A DNA stretch of 63,903 nucleotides, the filler included, from Octopus bimaculoides (Eukaryota), in the NCBI RefSeq assembly GCF_001194135.2. It is 5 parts of 5 records of this genome, joined end to end, with 100 filler letters (N's around TTAATTAATTAA, not from the genome) between each part and the next. Parts side by side here need not be neighbours in the genome. Positions count along the whole stretch, not along the records: positions 1 to 9,453 come from NC_068996.1; positions 9,554 to 30,114 come from NC_068998.1; 3 more parts are not named here. One strand, given 5' to 3'. Below the pieces are notes generated by a model. It had not been told where the DNA came from. It was given only the letters and a program-made list of their open reading frames with translations, and did not search any database. This document shows positions 1 through 12,694 of this stretch, one piece after another. How positions within the stretch are numbered: the first letter of the stretch is position 1; each line of letters starts with the position of its first letter. The position numbers and the translations under genes are program-made.

Positions 1-277
1 TATATATATATATATATGCTTGTGGGGGGTGCGTATGAATGAACATAAATGTATATGTAAATATTTATACCTATATATGTAAACATATATACATGTCTAA
101 ATATGTCGACATATATACATATGTATATGTATATATATTTATAGATATACATATATTTATATATGTGCGAATATTTACATATATACACACATACATACAC
201 ATACACACACATACATACACACACACATATATATACATATACATGTAAATACATATACATGTGTATATATGTGCGTC

Positions 278-343
<66 letters not shown>

Positions 344-498
344 CATATATGTATATATATATGAATGTGTATGTATCTACATGGATATATGTATATATTT
401 TTTATACGTATGTATATGTACATATATATATATACATATGTGAGTATGTGTGTGCGTGTGTGTATGTATTGGCACCATACACGTATACATTCACGCTG

Positions 499-541
<43 letters not shown>

Positions 542-545
542 ATGT
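1..545. repeat. Compound (TA)n/(TG)n/(CA)n microsatellite field
   Basis: Seen directly. Similar fields lie at 37030-38460, 46660-48470, 51860-53220, 59440-59825 and 63360-63530. Confidence 0.95.
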
Positions 546-991
546 CGTTGTGTTAGTACACGTAAAGAGTGGTGAGAGTGCTTAGTCTGGAGGATGCGTG
601 TCGATAAACGTCAGATGAATTTTTACTTAGATATGTCTAATTATTAGGCAGATGAACATGTGTTAGTTGCTTCGTTCAGGAAAATAGGTTTTGCGTGTTT
701 TGTGTGTTTCATGCTAGAATGGAACCGTCCACCGTCTCTGCAAACTCTCGCTGAGAGAAATGAAACAGAAAAAAAAAATGTAAATAAGGAGTTTCTAGGT
801 GGGACTGGTAAGGTTATGTTTTTGCAGTTAATGTTGCTTGTTGTTTGAATACGTGACGCTTAGTAAATGGTGTTGGTGTTGGTGGTAATGTGGAGGGATA
901 TTTTTGTTAAATAAGTAAATTGTTTCTATTGAAATACTTGTATTGGCAGGATATGAATAAATAGCTTGGATGTAGTGTTTAAGCGGTGCCA

Positions 992-1024
<33 letters not shown>

Positions 1025-1659
1025 AGAAAGCAAAATTGTGGTAACAGAAAGCAGCAGAAAATAAGAATTACTGGATGGAGGTTCTTTTGGACGGAAAGTT
1101 ACACGTGACTCTAGTTGAAAGCTATAATCTACCTGCCTAAATTTCGAATAATCGTCCTTATCTTGTTCTGCTTCTTGCGTGTTGCTACTTCTCAGTTTCT
1201 ACACTCGGTGTGATGATGGTAGTTATTCCAAGCTCCTGAGGATTACTGTCACGAATCTTAATATTCTTCATAGAGTCGACTATCTGGTTTCGATGGTCCA
1301 TTAGTAACTGAGATCTCAACACCCCACTTTGTATGGAGTGCCAGTTCGTCACAGGGTTAACTCATTTACAGCTGAGGAAACTGAAATAACGTAAAATGAA
1401 GACCACATCGTCCAAGAACATATTGCAAATACCGGTACGTGAATCGAAACCGCGATGTTGCAAACGTGACCGGAACACCACAATCACTATATCACGTGCC
1501 TCCACGGTCTGATGAGGACAAACGTAAATTTCTGCGTCCCTCGTGTGCTCAAGAACATTATCACAATCAGAAAATCTCTTAGAAAAATTTACTTCTCGTA
1601 GTGCTGCATCAAATGACAAAACTTGTGTTTTCTTATGTCCAGATTTTATTTTAAACTTT

Positions 1660-2040
1660 TCCTTGTTTCATTCGTTGACTCCTGCCATACTAGATCACCG
1701 CTTTGAATAGTTTTCGCCTAAACAAATCGACACGAGGCTGGTACTTATCCTGTGTCTTTTGCAGAACCGCTAAGTTACGTGGACGTAACAAACTTACACC
1801 GGTTTTTAGACAGTGTCATGGAATACAATGATACGCACATATACAAACACACACACATATACATACATACACACACTACATCTTCCCACAAAGTTTCCGT
1901 GTACAAAATTCACTGATTGGGCTTTAGTCGTCCCGGAGCTTTATTAAGAGACACTTGCCCCAAGTGCTGTACAGTGAAACTGAACCCTAAACCACACGGT
2001 TTCAAAGTGAGCTTCTTCACAACAGAGCCTTACCTGCACC
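1660..2040 (-). mobile_element. Older SINE family A copy
   Basis: Degenerate reverse complement of family A, including GACACTTGCCCCAAG, CCGCTAAGTTACG and the tail. Confidence 0.75.
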
Positions 2041-2904
2041 TAGTGATTGCTGTTCAAAATATTAAAAGCAAGAGAAAGCGGGAATGTTTCTAGAAAATTT
2101 TCTTAAGCAATTGGTTTATACATAATCATTATTAAAAAAAAATCCAGTGGTCCACAAGGTTTTTCCCACTTCTCTCGGTGTACTTTAGGGAAAAAAGCAC
2201 TATACTTTTGCATGTAATGGTGTCAGCTTTGTACATGCAATGTAATAAGGCAAATACTTGATGTATACATTTTAACTTCTGAATATAAATGATTTAAATC
2301 ACAAATAATTTTTTAAGTACCTCATTTATTTATTCTTTTTTTTTTAATTCTCTCTATTAGCGAAGCAGAGTTAACAAGGAGAAACATAATCTTGTCGGTT
2401 AAACACCATTAACACCACCACCACCAACAACAACAACAACAACCACTACCATTGCTATCGCACTATATACATCTCAGCCACAACCACCTCAGCCTTGTCC
2501 ATAACGTACACCACTACCACTACCTACAACAACTACCACCACCACCATCATAATCATTACTATCACAACTTACCACAACCACCACCACTACCACCACCAC
2601 CACACATTTCAACCATACTACAACCTTCCATACTATCGCCATTGCAGCCACCATCATGGAGCTTCTGGGTGTTTTACACGCGTCCATTCAATTGCAAACA
2701 TTCGAGTGTGGTCTCCAGTTTAAGGCCAACTTCTTGCCTTATTACCTCTCCCATCCCTCCCACCCTCCTTTTCCCCTTGTTTTGGTCGCTTGGAAATTGG
2801 TAAAGAGCTTCTGCCTTCCAAACTCTGGAACAAACCCATTAGAAAATATTACAAAAGACGATTCCAGAGAAAACAAAAATTGGTTCATCCGGCAAGTTTG
2901 CACC

Positions 2905-3085
2905 AAAGCAGCGAGATAGCAAAATCGTTAGCTATTCCGACAAAAACGCTTAGCGGCATTTCTTCCGGCATTACGTTCTGCGTTCAAATTCCGCCGAGGT
3001 CGCTAGAATATAGTACCAGTTTAGTACGGCTCCCTGTTATCGACTATCCCCTCCCCTCAAAATTGCTGGCCTTGTGCCAAAACTA
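2905..3085 (+). mobile_element. Degenerate SINE family B copy
   Basis: GCTTAGCGGCATTTC...CGTTCAAATTCCGCCGAGGTCG...GTACCAGTT...GGCCTTGTGCC. Further remnants lie at about 26670-26890, 35440-35700, 49038-49090 and 61460-61570. Confidence 0.7.
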
Positions 3086-3399
3086 GAAATAATTATTAGT
3101 TAATTATAATTAGAATTGCCATCAAAACACTGTTTTGTTCGGTTAGCTTATCGTTCTACATAGATGTATGTATTGTTCAGTTCAGTTTTTTTTCTAATTT
3201 CTATTTAATATGATTATGGTCTCTGGTATTCAGAGTTAAGCTGGGAATAGTGACGTCATTCAAATAATGACTGAATGACGTCATTCGCCAAGAACTTACG
3301 CACGTAGGTATGAACAAAAAGATAATGACGGATTATTTAGGTGGGCGCAATGCAGAAATATGAGCTTAAAACTAATGGTTGATGTTGATGATGATAAAT

Positions 3400-3995
3400 A
3401 CGATAACTATGATGAGGAGGAGGAGGGGGGAGGAGGAGGAGAAGGAGAGGATGATGATGAGGAAGAGGAGGAGGAGGAGGAGGAGGAAGAAGTGGAGGAG
3501 AAGGAGGAATAGGTGGAGGAGAAGCAGAAGGTGAAGAGGAAGAGNNNNNNNNNNNNNNNNNNNNNNNNNNNNNNNNNNNNNNNNNNNNNNNNNNNNAAGA
3601 GAAAGAGAAAGAGGAGGAAAAGGAAGAGGAAGAGGAGAAAGAGGAGGTGGAGGAGGAGGAGAAAGATGAAGATGAGGAGAAATAGGATGAGGAGGAGGAA
3701 GAGGAGGAGAAAGATGAAGATGAGGAGAAATAGGATGAGAAGGAGGAGGAGGAGGAGGAGAAGCAGAAGGTGAAGAGGAAGAATAAGAGAAAGAGGAGGA
3801 AAAGGAAGAGGAAGAGGAAGAGGAGAAGGATGAAGTGGAAGAGAATGATGATGATACTCTTGATGTTGATGATAATATTGATGAGGAGGAGGGGGAGGAG
3901 AAAATAGAGGAAGTGGAGGATAATGATGATAACTATGATCATGATGATGAAGTGGAAGAGGATAGTGATAATGAATATGACGATGATGATGAAGA
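3400..3995. repeat. (GAG/GAA/GAT)n trinucleotide low-complexity array
   Basis: Seen directly, with a small N gap. It explains the poly-R/E/D/S ORFs. Confidence 0.95.
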
Positions 3996-5410
3996 GGAGG
4001 ATTATGTCAGAACGATCTTCATAGAGGAAATATTGGTTGTTGTTTAACCCCAGGTTAGTCGTAATTGCGTAGATCAAGATCAAAGTTGGTCTTTTTACAT
4101 ATCCAGTAGCAACAACTTATTACGTAGTCTTCCTGTCTTAGAACTAATCAGGAGAGATTTAAGAACGATTTAGCCTTTATTTCTGGCAAGTGGAGCAACC
4201 ACCTTGTGGTACCTCTTTTGCTCTTAATGTTGAGATTAATGGTTATTGCAATGATTATTATGATGACGTTTGAGTGTTATTGGTACTAGTGTTAATAACC
4301 AATCTATTGCTTTCACTGTTTCGCACTCGGGGAGTTTTAGTAGAGCAAACGCTGTTGTAAGCTTTCTTGTAAGTGCTTGTAAGGCATGAAAATACGTATT
4401 AGCCTTTATATATTTAATTCTCTATATTGAATACTCAATATTTCATATATTCAATATGACATTCAATACTTCATTTCATTTTACCATTTATTTTTATATT
4501 ATATATTATATATTCCATATTCTATATCCCACATTAATTTTACAAGAATATAAATAAAACAAAAAACAGACAGAGCTGGAACTCTTTTAAATAATATATA
4601 TATATATATATATANNNNNNNNNNNNNNNNNNNNNNNNNNNNNNNNNNNNNNNNNNNNNNNNNNNNNNNNNNNNNNNNNNNNNNNNNNNNNNNNNNNNNN
4701 NNNNNNNNNNNNNNNNNNNNNNNNNNNNNNNNNNNNNNNNNNNNNNNNNNNNNNNNNNNNNNNNNNNNNNNNNNNNNNNNNNNNNNNNNNNNNNNNNNNN
4801 NNNNNNNNNNNNNNNNNNNNNNNNNNNNNNNNNNNNNNNNNNNNNNNNNNNNNNNNNNNNNNNNNNNNNNNNNNNNNNNNNNNNNNNNNNNNNNNNNNNN
4901 NNNNNNNNNNNNNNNNNNNNNNNNNNNNNNNNNNNNNNNNNNNNNNNNNNNNNNNNNNNNNNNNNNNNNNNNNNNNNNNNNNNNNNNNNNNNNNNNNNNN
5001 NNNNNNNNNNNNNNNNNNNNNNNNNNNNNNNNNNNNNNNNNNNNNNNNNNNNNNNNNNNNNNNNNNNNNNNNNNNNNNNNNNNNNNNNNNNNNNNNNNNN
5101 NNNNNNNNNNNNNNNNNNNNNNNNNNNNNNNNNNNNNNNNNNNNNNNNNNNNNNNNNNNNNNNNNNNNNTATATATATATATATATATATATGCACCAAT
5201 ACTTTGTGGTTTATTATCTCTTTTGCAAGTCAGATCAAAGTAACATCCATTTTCCGATTTATTCATAAACATTGAAACAAGAATAATAGATATAACGAAA
5301 TTATTTATTCTAAATCTATAAAAGTTGGTCATTCCTTATCAATGAAACATTTTAGAATTGTATCCTCAATTGATAATAGAAAATTAAATATCTTTTCCAG
5401 CTCTATATTT

Positions 5411-5714
5411 TAGAGATGAGGAATTATGTACATTATTGAACTCGGAATCTTGGGGTTAGCAGCCCGCACTCTTAACCACCATGCCATATGCCTACGAGCA
5501 TATGGCGTAGTTCGATTCCAGGCAGTGACCTGAAAAAAAAAAATAATAATAATAATAACAACATCGAAAAATACCTTCGGAATGAGAACCCAAATTCGTA
5601 ATTTCCCCAAGACACCTGATGAAGGTTGGAGGGTATATCAGCCGAAACGTTGTGTTAACAGTAAACAAGATGAGGACAAATATCCGTCAAATGTAAATAA
5701 TGTAAATAATGTAG
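5411..5714. mobile_element. Fold-back short element with tRNA-Ser(GCT)-like head, hammerhead motif and (TGTAAATAA)n tail
   Basis: The minus arm 5438-5491 reads GCATATGGCATGGTGGTTAAGAGTGCGGGCTGCTAACCCCAAGATTCCGAGTTC (A box, GGG-CTGCTAA-CCC anticodon arm, start of the B box). The plus arm from 5498 restarts GCATATGGCGTAG, then TTCGATTCC, an (AAT)n run, the hammerhead and the tail. The hairpin centre is CCATATGC-ctacga-GCATATGG. Confidence 0.75.
5611..5656 (+). ncRNA. Minimal type I hammerhead ribozyme motif
   Basis: Stem I GACAC (5611-5615)/GTGTT (5652-5656); core CTGATGA (5616-5622); stem II GGTTG (5624-5628)/CAGCC (5639-5643) with a 10-nt loop; GAAAC-GT-T with palindromic ACGT in place of stem III. 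Predicted cleavage follows GUU at 5651. Confidence 0.8.
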
Positions 5715-6871
5715 ATATCTTCTATAACAATCAAAATGCAAGTAAAAAATTATGCTAAGGCAATTTATAATAATAGAAGGAAAATAACCCATATTGACTC
5801 CCTTTCTAGCCCAGATAATATGAATAATAATAATATTAATGATGAAGNNNNNNNNNNNNNNNNNNNNNNNNNNNNNNNNNNNNNNNNNNNNNNNNNNNNN
5901 NNNNNNNNNNNNNNNNNNNNNNNNNNNNNNNNNNNNNNNNNNNNNNNNNNNNNNNNNNNNNNNNNNNNNNNNNNNNNNNNNNNNNNNNNNNNNNNNNNNN
6001 NNNNNNNNNNNNNNNNNNNNNNNNNNNNNNNNNNNNNNNNNNNNNNNNNNNNNNNNNNNNNNNNNNNNNNNNNNNNNNNNNNNNNNNNNNNNNNNNNNNN
6101 NNNNNNNNNNNNNNNNNNNNNNNNNNNNNNNNNNNNNNNNNNNNNNNNNNNNNNNNNNNNNNNNNNNNNNNNNNNNNNNNNNNNNNNNNNNNNNNNNNNN
6201 NNNNNNNNNNNNNNNNNNNNNNNNNNNNNNNNNNNNNNNNNNNNNNNNNNNNNNNNNNNNNNNNNNNNNNNNNNNNNNNNNNNNNNNNNNNNNNNNNNNN
6301 NNNNNNNNNNNNNNNNNNNNNNNNNNNNNNNNNNNNNNNNNNNNNNNNNNNNNNNNNNNNNNNNNNNNNNNNNNNNNNNNNNNNNNNNNNNNNNNNNNNN
6401 NNNNNNNNNNNNNNNNNNNNNNNNNNNNNNNNNNNNNNNNNNNNNNNNNNNNNNNNNNNNNNNNNNNNNNNNNNNNNNNNNNNNNNNNNNNNNNNNNNNN
6501 NNNNNNNNNNNNNNNNNNNNNNNNNNNNNNNNNNNNNNNNNNNNNNNNNNNNNNNNNNNNNNNNNNNNNNNNNNNNNNNNNNNNNNNNNNNNNNNNNNNN
6601 NNNNNNNNNNNNNNNGTATGTATAAATGACCATATGGACGTATTTGTGTGTGTGTGTACGCATTTATATAAGGATATATGTTTGCATGTATATATGTACG
6701 TATGTATGTATGTATGTATGTATGTATGTATTAATTTTCATTCTAAGACCAGTTAGTGACTTGATATGTTTATTAGTGGTATTTACTTCTTTAAGCCTTC
6801 TAATATGGCAAAACATTATGCTTCTTACCATGTAAAACTACCTAATAGAAAGTTAGCATTTCTGTTAAATT

Positions 6872-6978
6872 TACACTAGTTCTTGTTGTTGTTGTTGTTG
6901 TTGCTGTTGTTGTTGTTGTTGTTGTTCTTCTTCTTNNNNNNNNNNTTATTATTATTATTATTATTATTATCATTATTA

Positions 6979-7039
<61 letters not shown>

Positions 7040-7040
7040 C
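6872..7040. repeat. (GTT)n followed by (ATT)n
   Basis: Seen directly. The (ATT)n is contiguous with the 3' end of the R4-like element. Confidence 0.95.
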
Positions 7041-9372
7041 ATTCTCGTTGCTGTTGCTTTATGTTATACAAGCTGTTCCAAGCCTCACGTAGAGAGTTCA
7101 TGTAACAGCAAGTTGAACGTTTAACTATGGGTGTTATTTATGACTAGCAAGGATAAATTGCATGGGAAGGTGACTAGATTCTGATAACTGAGTGTGTGTT
7201 AAATTCGTAATACTTCAGTTTTGAAAGAGAATCTGATATTTTTAATTTGACAATGTTTTTCTTAGAATGTAAGCAGGAACCCATGAAAGCAATCATAGTA
7301 CTGCTACTTCGGGTTTTTCCTGCTATCTGGTCATAATGCTTAGGAGTGCTATATTGGTATTGTCCCTAAAACTCCAATGATCAGATGTATAGGAGCCTTT
7401 TCTTAGATGCCACTTTTTGAAACCTCTATTTAAAAGTTATTATATTTACTTAATTTTTCAAATGTATTTACTACGGTGTTGCAATCTGCTGGGATTGACG
7501 TATCTATGATCAGACATCTTTTGTCAACGTGATTTTTAATCACAAAATCTAGTCTTTTGTGGTGATGTGATCTAATTATGATATCTGTATTTTTTACTAG
7601 TTTGGCAGGCTTATGATTCCACCGGTTCTTCTCATATAACAGTTCAATACTGGTCAAATCTATCATTGCAATTAATATATTCATTTGAGGCTAACATAGA
7701 GCATCTACAAGTGAGATCTTCAATTGTTTCCTTGGCTGCACGACAAAAGCTTCAGGTAGGACCTGCACCGTTTAAAAAAACGCTTGCTTGATAGATTTCG
7801 ATGCATAGATACTGATCCTGAGCTGCTAAAATGAAACGCCCTGTTTCTGATTTAAGTCCAGCTGCAACTAAGTATTGATGGGTCATATTTGTATCTACAC
7901 CTGGATCGTTGGCTCTTGAGAGTATTTGCTATGCAACGCTTTACTTTCTCAAGTATTTCGCAGGACTGAGGCTCCATTTGATTTGGTTTGTGTTTTATTT
8001 CATTTGATTTGCTTTCACAGTGGGTTCCTCTCTTTCATTTAGTTGCGCCACAATCTCATTGATCATTAATTCTTGTAGTACTTTTTTTGCTTCTGACATT
8101 GAGCACATGTGCTTTTGGAACTTACATATTTGCAGAGAAATTTAAGCATGTAGTCATTAGTGTTTTTTTAGATAAGTGTCTATAGAGATAATTGCAGCTG
8201 CACCAGCCTGTAAAGTCTATGTAAAGTCTATTTATACCTGCTATTGGATGATGCAAGGGTGTGGTGCACTGTGAGACGCTTACATACTTTTGTATCAATT
8301 TTACTTATCCCTGTGATGCACCACTTTATGATGTTAAAGTTGTGGGTCACAAGTATAGCTAAGGTGTTGATTGCATCGATCGTGTCTCTCACGTTATGTC
8401 GCTCTTTAGGATATCTCTAATTCTACGATAATATTCTTTCTATATATGTTCGTACATTTGTATCTTCTGGATACAACCCATTTCACATACACCTAATTAA
8501 CTGTAATTTTTTCGAGATTAATTCCTTGATGATGGTAGACTTGTCTATCTCTAATTATCGTTTTCAGGAGTGTTCCCTTGAGGAATATGGCCTTAGCACA
8601 TTCCAGTATCATAACTGGACTGTTTTACCACAGTTAAAAGTCATTCCAGTTGTTCATCATCTTTTAGGAAAAACTTTAGGTCATCTTTGTAAAGTAGGTG
8701 ATTGATTTGTCTATTGTATTCTATGTATCCATGATTTGTGTCACTCAACAGCTTACTTGGAGGAACGAGAGCCATGCAAAAGATTAGTGGAGGATAATGA
8801 ATCACCTGGACAAATGCTGCAGTTCATACTGATGTCACTAACGTCCATAGTACTTGTTTCTGAATTGAGAATAAGAAATGTTTTCCATTGCTTCATACTA
8901 TACGACAGAAAATTACCAATAACTTGAGAGACTTTATATATTTTCAAGTATTTCTCAATCTAGCTATGGGGGAAGGCTGTCAAACACTTCTATGTAATCA
9001 ATCCATAAAACAGAAAGATTTTGGTGTCGTTTCTGGCAGTCTTGAAGAACCATTTTATTGATTAAAACTTGATCTCTATAACAATATGAGCTACATTTAC
9101 AACCTTCCATCGGGAAAGGTATATTAATATTCAATAAAGATGGACGTTAGTAATTTATACATGGTTGTAATTGGTCGGTAATTTTGATGAGTGATTAGTT
9201 TAGGGGGAATACGTAAATTACTCTATTTACCAGCCAGTAAGAAATTTTCATGCGGTCAGGTATGATTCTATTGTAAAGGTGAATCACTTTTCCAGAGATT
9301 TTATCTTTCCCAAGTAATTTCTATTTGTTTCTCAGTGTAGTCCTAAAAGATATCCTTCCATATTTGCTCTTT
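7041..9372 (-). mobile_element. 5'-truncated, degenerate R4/Dong-like non-LTR retrotransposon (RT plus restriction-like endonuclease)
   Basis: Minus strand, with stops and frameshifts: NYRPIT, DQVLINKMVLQDCQKRH, WIDYIEVFDSLP (WIDYxKAFDSVPH-like), GDSLSPLIFCMALVP, INHLLYKDDLK (YxDD at 8680-8691), RLE stretch RLDFVIKNHVDKRCLIIDTSIPAD...FEKLSKY, and terminal AYILRKTLSN* near 7245. (ATT)n lies on both sides. Confidence 0.9.
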
Positions 9373-9374
9373 AC

Positions 9375-9423
<49 letters not shown>

Positions 9424-9453
9424 TAGTTTTATTTTTATAACGTGCTTTCACTT

Positions 9454-9553
9454 NNNNNNNNNNNNNNNNNNNNNNNNNNNNNNNNNNNNNNNNNNNNTTA
9501 ATTAATTAANNNNNNNNNNNNNNNNNNNNNNNNNNNNNNNNNNNNNNNNNNNN
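9454..9553. other. Artificial 100-nt scaffold spacer with six-frame stop linker
   Basis: 44 N + TTAATTAATTAA + 44 N. Confidence 0.95.
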
Positions 9554-9584
<31 letters not shown>

Positions 9585-11046
9585 AATCCCTGCGATAGGT
9601 GGAAATCGGCAAAGTGGAGACAGTACTGTACTGTATATATATTTTTAAAAATTATTTTTATAATTTCTATATATTTATTTTATTATACATGCAAAACAAT
9701 ACCATGGAGGAATCGCTGTAAGCTTAAATAATAAACTGCGATGGTGTGGGATTACTGTACAGCTATATTCCAGGGGTGTGACAATTTCAAAGAATAAGAA
9801 AATCGAAGACAAATTTGAAAGTAAATAAACATTTATTTCATTGTTGTTAGTCTGACAAAATATATTTTGTTGGACTAATGATTACAGATTAAATGCTCAT
9901 ATATATACATGCATACATACATACATATATATATATTTGTATGTATGTCCGTACGAATACATATATGCATGCATACACACACACATATATACATATAAAT
10001 GTACATGTGTGCCATAAATATCGCCATCCGTTTAGAGAAAAATTTGTAGTTTAGAATCAGTAGTTCTTTGACTACTATTTCTAAATTTTCAGTATGTTGG
10101 AGAAGCAACTCAATGCTAATCCCTGTATATTTATGATTATATATATATATATATATNNNNNNNNNNNNNNNNNNNNNNNNNNNNNNNNNNNNNNNNNNNN
10201 NNNNNNNNNNNNNNNNNNNNNNNNNNNNNNNNNNNNNNNNNNNNNNNNNNNNNNNNNNNNNNNNNNNNNNNNNNNNNNNNNNNNNNNNNNNNNNNNNNNN
10301 NNNNNNNNNNNNNNNNNNNNNNNNNNNNNNNNNNNNNNNNNNNNNNNNNNNNNNNNNNNNNNNNNNNNNNNNNNNNNNNNNNNNNNNNNNNNNNNNNNNN
10401 NNNNNNNNNNNNNNNNNNNNNNNNNNNNNNNNNNNNNNNNNNNNNNNNNNNNNNNNNNNNNNNNNNNNNNNNNNNNNNNNNNNNNNNNNNNNNNNNNNNN
10501 NNNNNNNNNNNNNNNNNNNNNNNNNNNNNNNNNNNNNNNNNNNNNNNNNNNNNNNNNNNNNNNNNNNNNNNNNNNNNNNNNNNNNNNNNNNNNNNNNNNN
10601 NNNNNNNNNNNNNNNNNNNNNNNNNNNNNNNNNNNNNNNNNNNNNNNNNNNNNNNNNNNNNNNNNNNNNNNNNNNNNNNNNNNNNNNNNNNNNNNNNNNN
10701 NNNNNNNNNNNNNNNNNNNNNNNNNNNNNNNNNNNNNNNNNNNNNNNNNNNNNNNNNNNNNNNNNNNNNNNNNNNNNNNNNNNNNNNNNNNNNNNNNNNN
10801 NNNNNNNNNNNNNNNNNNNNNNNNNNNNNNNNNNNNNNNNNNNNNNNNNNNNNNNNNNNNNNNNNNNNNNNNNNNNNNNNNNNNNNNNNNNNNNNNNNNN
10901 NNNNNNNNNNNNNNNNNNNNNNNNNNNNNNNNNNNNNNNNNNNNNNNNNNNNNNNNNNNNNNNNNNNNNNNNNNNNNNNNNNNNNNNNNNNNNNNNNNNN
11001 NNNNNNNNNNNNNNNNNNNNNNNNNNNNNNNNNNNNNNNNNNNNNN

Positions 11047-11328
11047 GCTAAGTTACGGGGACGTAAACGCACCAGCATCGGTTGTCAAGCGATGTTGGGT
11101 GGGGGGACAAACACAGACACACAAACATATACACACACATACATATACATATATATACATATATACGATGGGCTTCTTTCAGTTTCGGTGTACCAAATCC
11201 ACTCACAAGGCTTTGGTCGGCCCGAGGCTATAGTAGAAGACACTTGCCCAAAATGCCACGCAGTGAGACTGAACGCAGAACCATGTGGTTGGTAAGCAAG
11301 CTACTTACCACACAGCCACTCCCGCGCC
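11047..11328 (-). mobile_element. SINE family A copy; 3' part lost in the N gap
   Basis: Closely matches the reverse complement of 16736-17010 (head through CCCCGTAACTTAGC). Confidence 0.88.
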
Positions 11329-11939
11329 AATGCAAGGATTTCTTGTCCTCATAACGGATTACTACATCCCAAATTTCACTGGTTTAATCACTAACACGAA
11401 CATACATGGGTGTACATGCACACACACACACACACACACACGTATGAATTTAATTAAACATTTCTATTGCAATGTTAATGACTCCTACCATCAATTAATG
11501 TGTGTCACCGTCACACAAGAAGTGTTATTCATTTTGAATATTGTGTGAAAATTTACATTGCATGATGTCTATGCTTCTTTGCATTGGCACATACAACTAT
11601 ATCTATATCTAACTTTGTATACACACAGTTATGTATATGTGCATATGTACATACATGCATACATATCTATATGTGTGTGTATGTATATATTATCATATAT
11701 GGTTAACTACTTTTTGAAGTCTGATGTTCATGCTGGTAAACATGGTCTGGGCCATATTTTACATTGCTTGGAGTCTCTACCTATCACAAATGAGCATCAT
11801 TGACATACATAAGGATATGGATATTCCTGACTGACAAAAATGTAATGATATGGATAATCTTGATTATATGTTTTTTTTTTGTCTGTTTATTACTAGGCAC
11901 ATTTTTAAGTTTGTCGTACTGTTTATACCAATTTCAAAC

Positions 11940-12648
11940 ATTGGCTCTATTGCCACGTTCAAATGCATATTCAACACATTTAATTTCTCCTTTGCAGTAA
12001 ATGATTCTGAAGTTCTGCCCATACTGACAATAATGGTAATGACAAATTTTTAAGTTTGCTTGACATTTTATAAGTGTGAAAGGGATTAAAATTTCGATAC
12101 TCTGTATCAACGGTTCCGACAAGAATAGGTGGAAAAGAATTCTGTTTACATAATCAGTTTGATCGGTCACCTTCTTCTGTCAGTTGAGTAAAGTATCATC
12201 CAAGCTGATGTTTATTGGTAATTAAACTTCATATGCAACACCTGTGTGTATTTATCAGCTTTGTTTTTGTTGTCAATTCTTATCAACAACTTTTCCTGTG
12301 ATCATGATTTGAGAAGACATATAGCAGTATGCTAAAGATTAGACATAATCTCTTGTGGACAAGAAATGTAAATAAAGTTTATTATAAACAACACAAACAC
12401 TTTATAATTTAATAGCTTTCAATGTGATACCTGTTAAACAGAAATTATTTTTATTTAATGAAAATCAAAAGTAAGTGAAATTATGCTAAATACAACTAAA
12501 TTGGAAACCTTTTTCGCCTGGCTATTTTGGCAATTTTGAAAACTTTGGGGTGTGAATTTTACTTGAGTAGAATCTTTTTTAACAAATTTTATCCTGAAAA
12601 ATCATCTGCATAAATTACACAGGTGCGCAAATTACATGGGTTTTTACA

Positions 12649-12651
<3 letters not shown>
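11940..12651 (-). mobile_element. Old pogo-like remnant (Brinker-type DNA-binding start plus TA-flanked end)
   Basis: With one frameshift, minus 11943-12003 reads SFTAKEKL-CVEYAFERGNRA. The right end TGCGCAAATTACATGGGTTTTTACAG-TA resembles the 32256 pogo end. Confidence 0.5.

Positions 12652-12694
<43 letters not shown>

Noticed and set aside
39-585. ORFs rich in YI/CV/HT dipeptides here and throughout the track
   Set aside because: They are translations of (TA)n, (TG)n and (CA)n microsatellites.
3337-4083. 248-aa hydrophobic/Ser-Pro ORF and overlapping acidic and basic ORFs
   Set aside because: Products of a (GAG/GAT)n low-complexity array.
5438-5491. Functional tRNA-Ser gene
   Set aside because: The acceptor stem, long variable arm and 3' half are missing. 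It is a SINE-type derived head.
4499-6756. Long ORFs of 200-460 aa containing X runs (also near 10.1-11.2, 19.7-20.7, 21.9-22.6, 32.2-32.8, 38.1-39.3, 41.0-41.8 and 46.6-48.0 kb)
   Set aside because: They are open only because they cross N gaps.
11850-12200. Possible host exon (minus frames KKVTDQTDYV... or NSFPPILVG...)
   Set aside because: Better explained as a decayed pogo N-terminus, and no consistent splice and phase chain was found.
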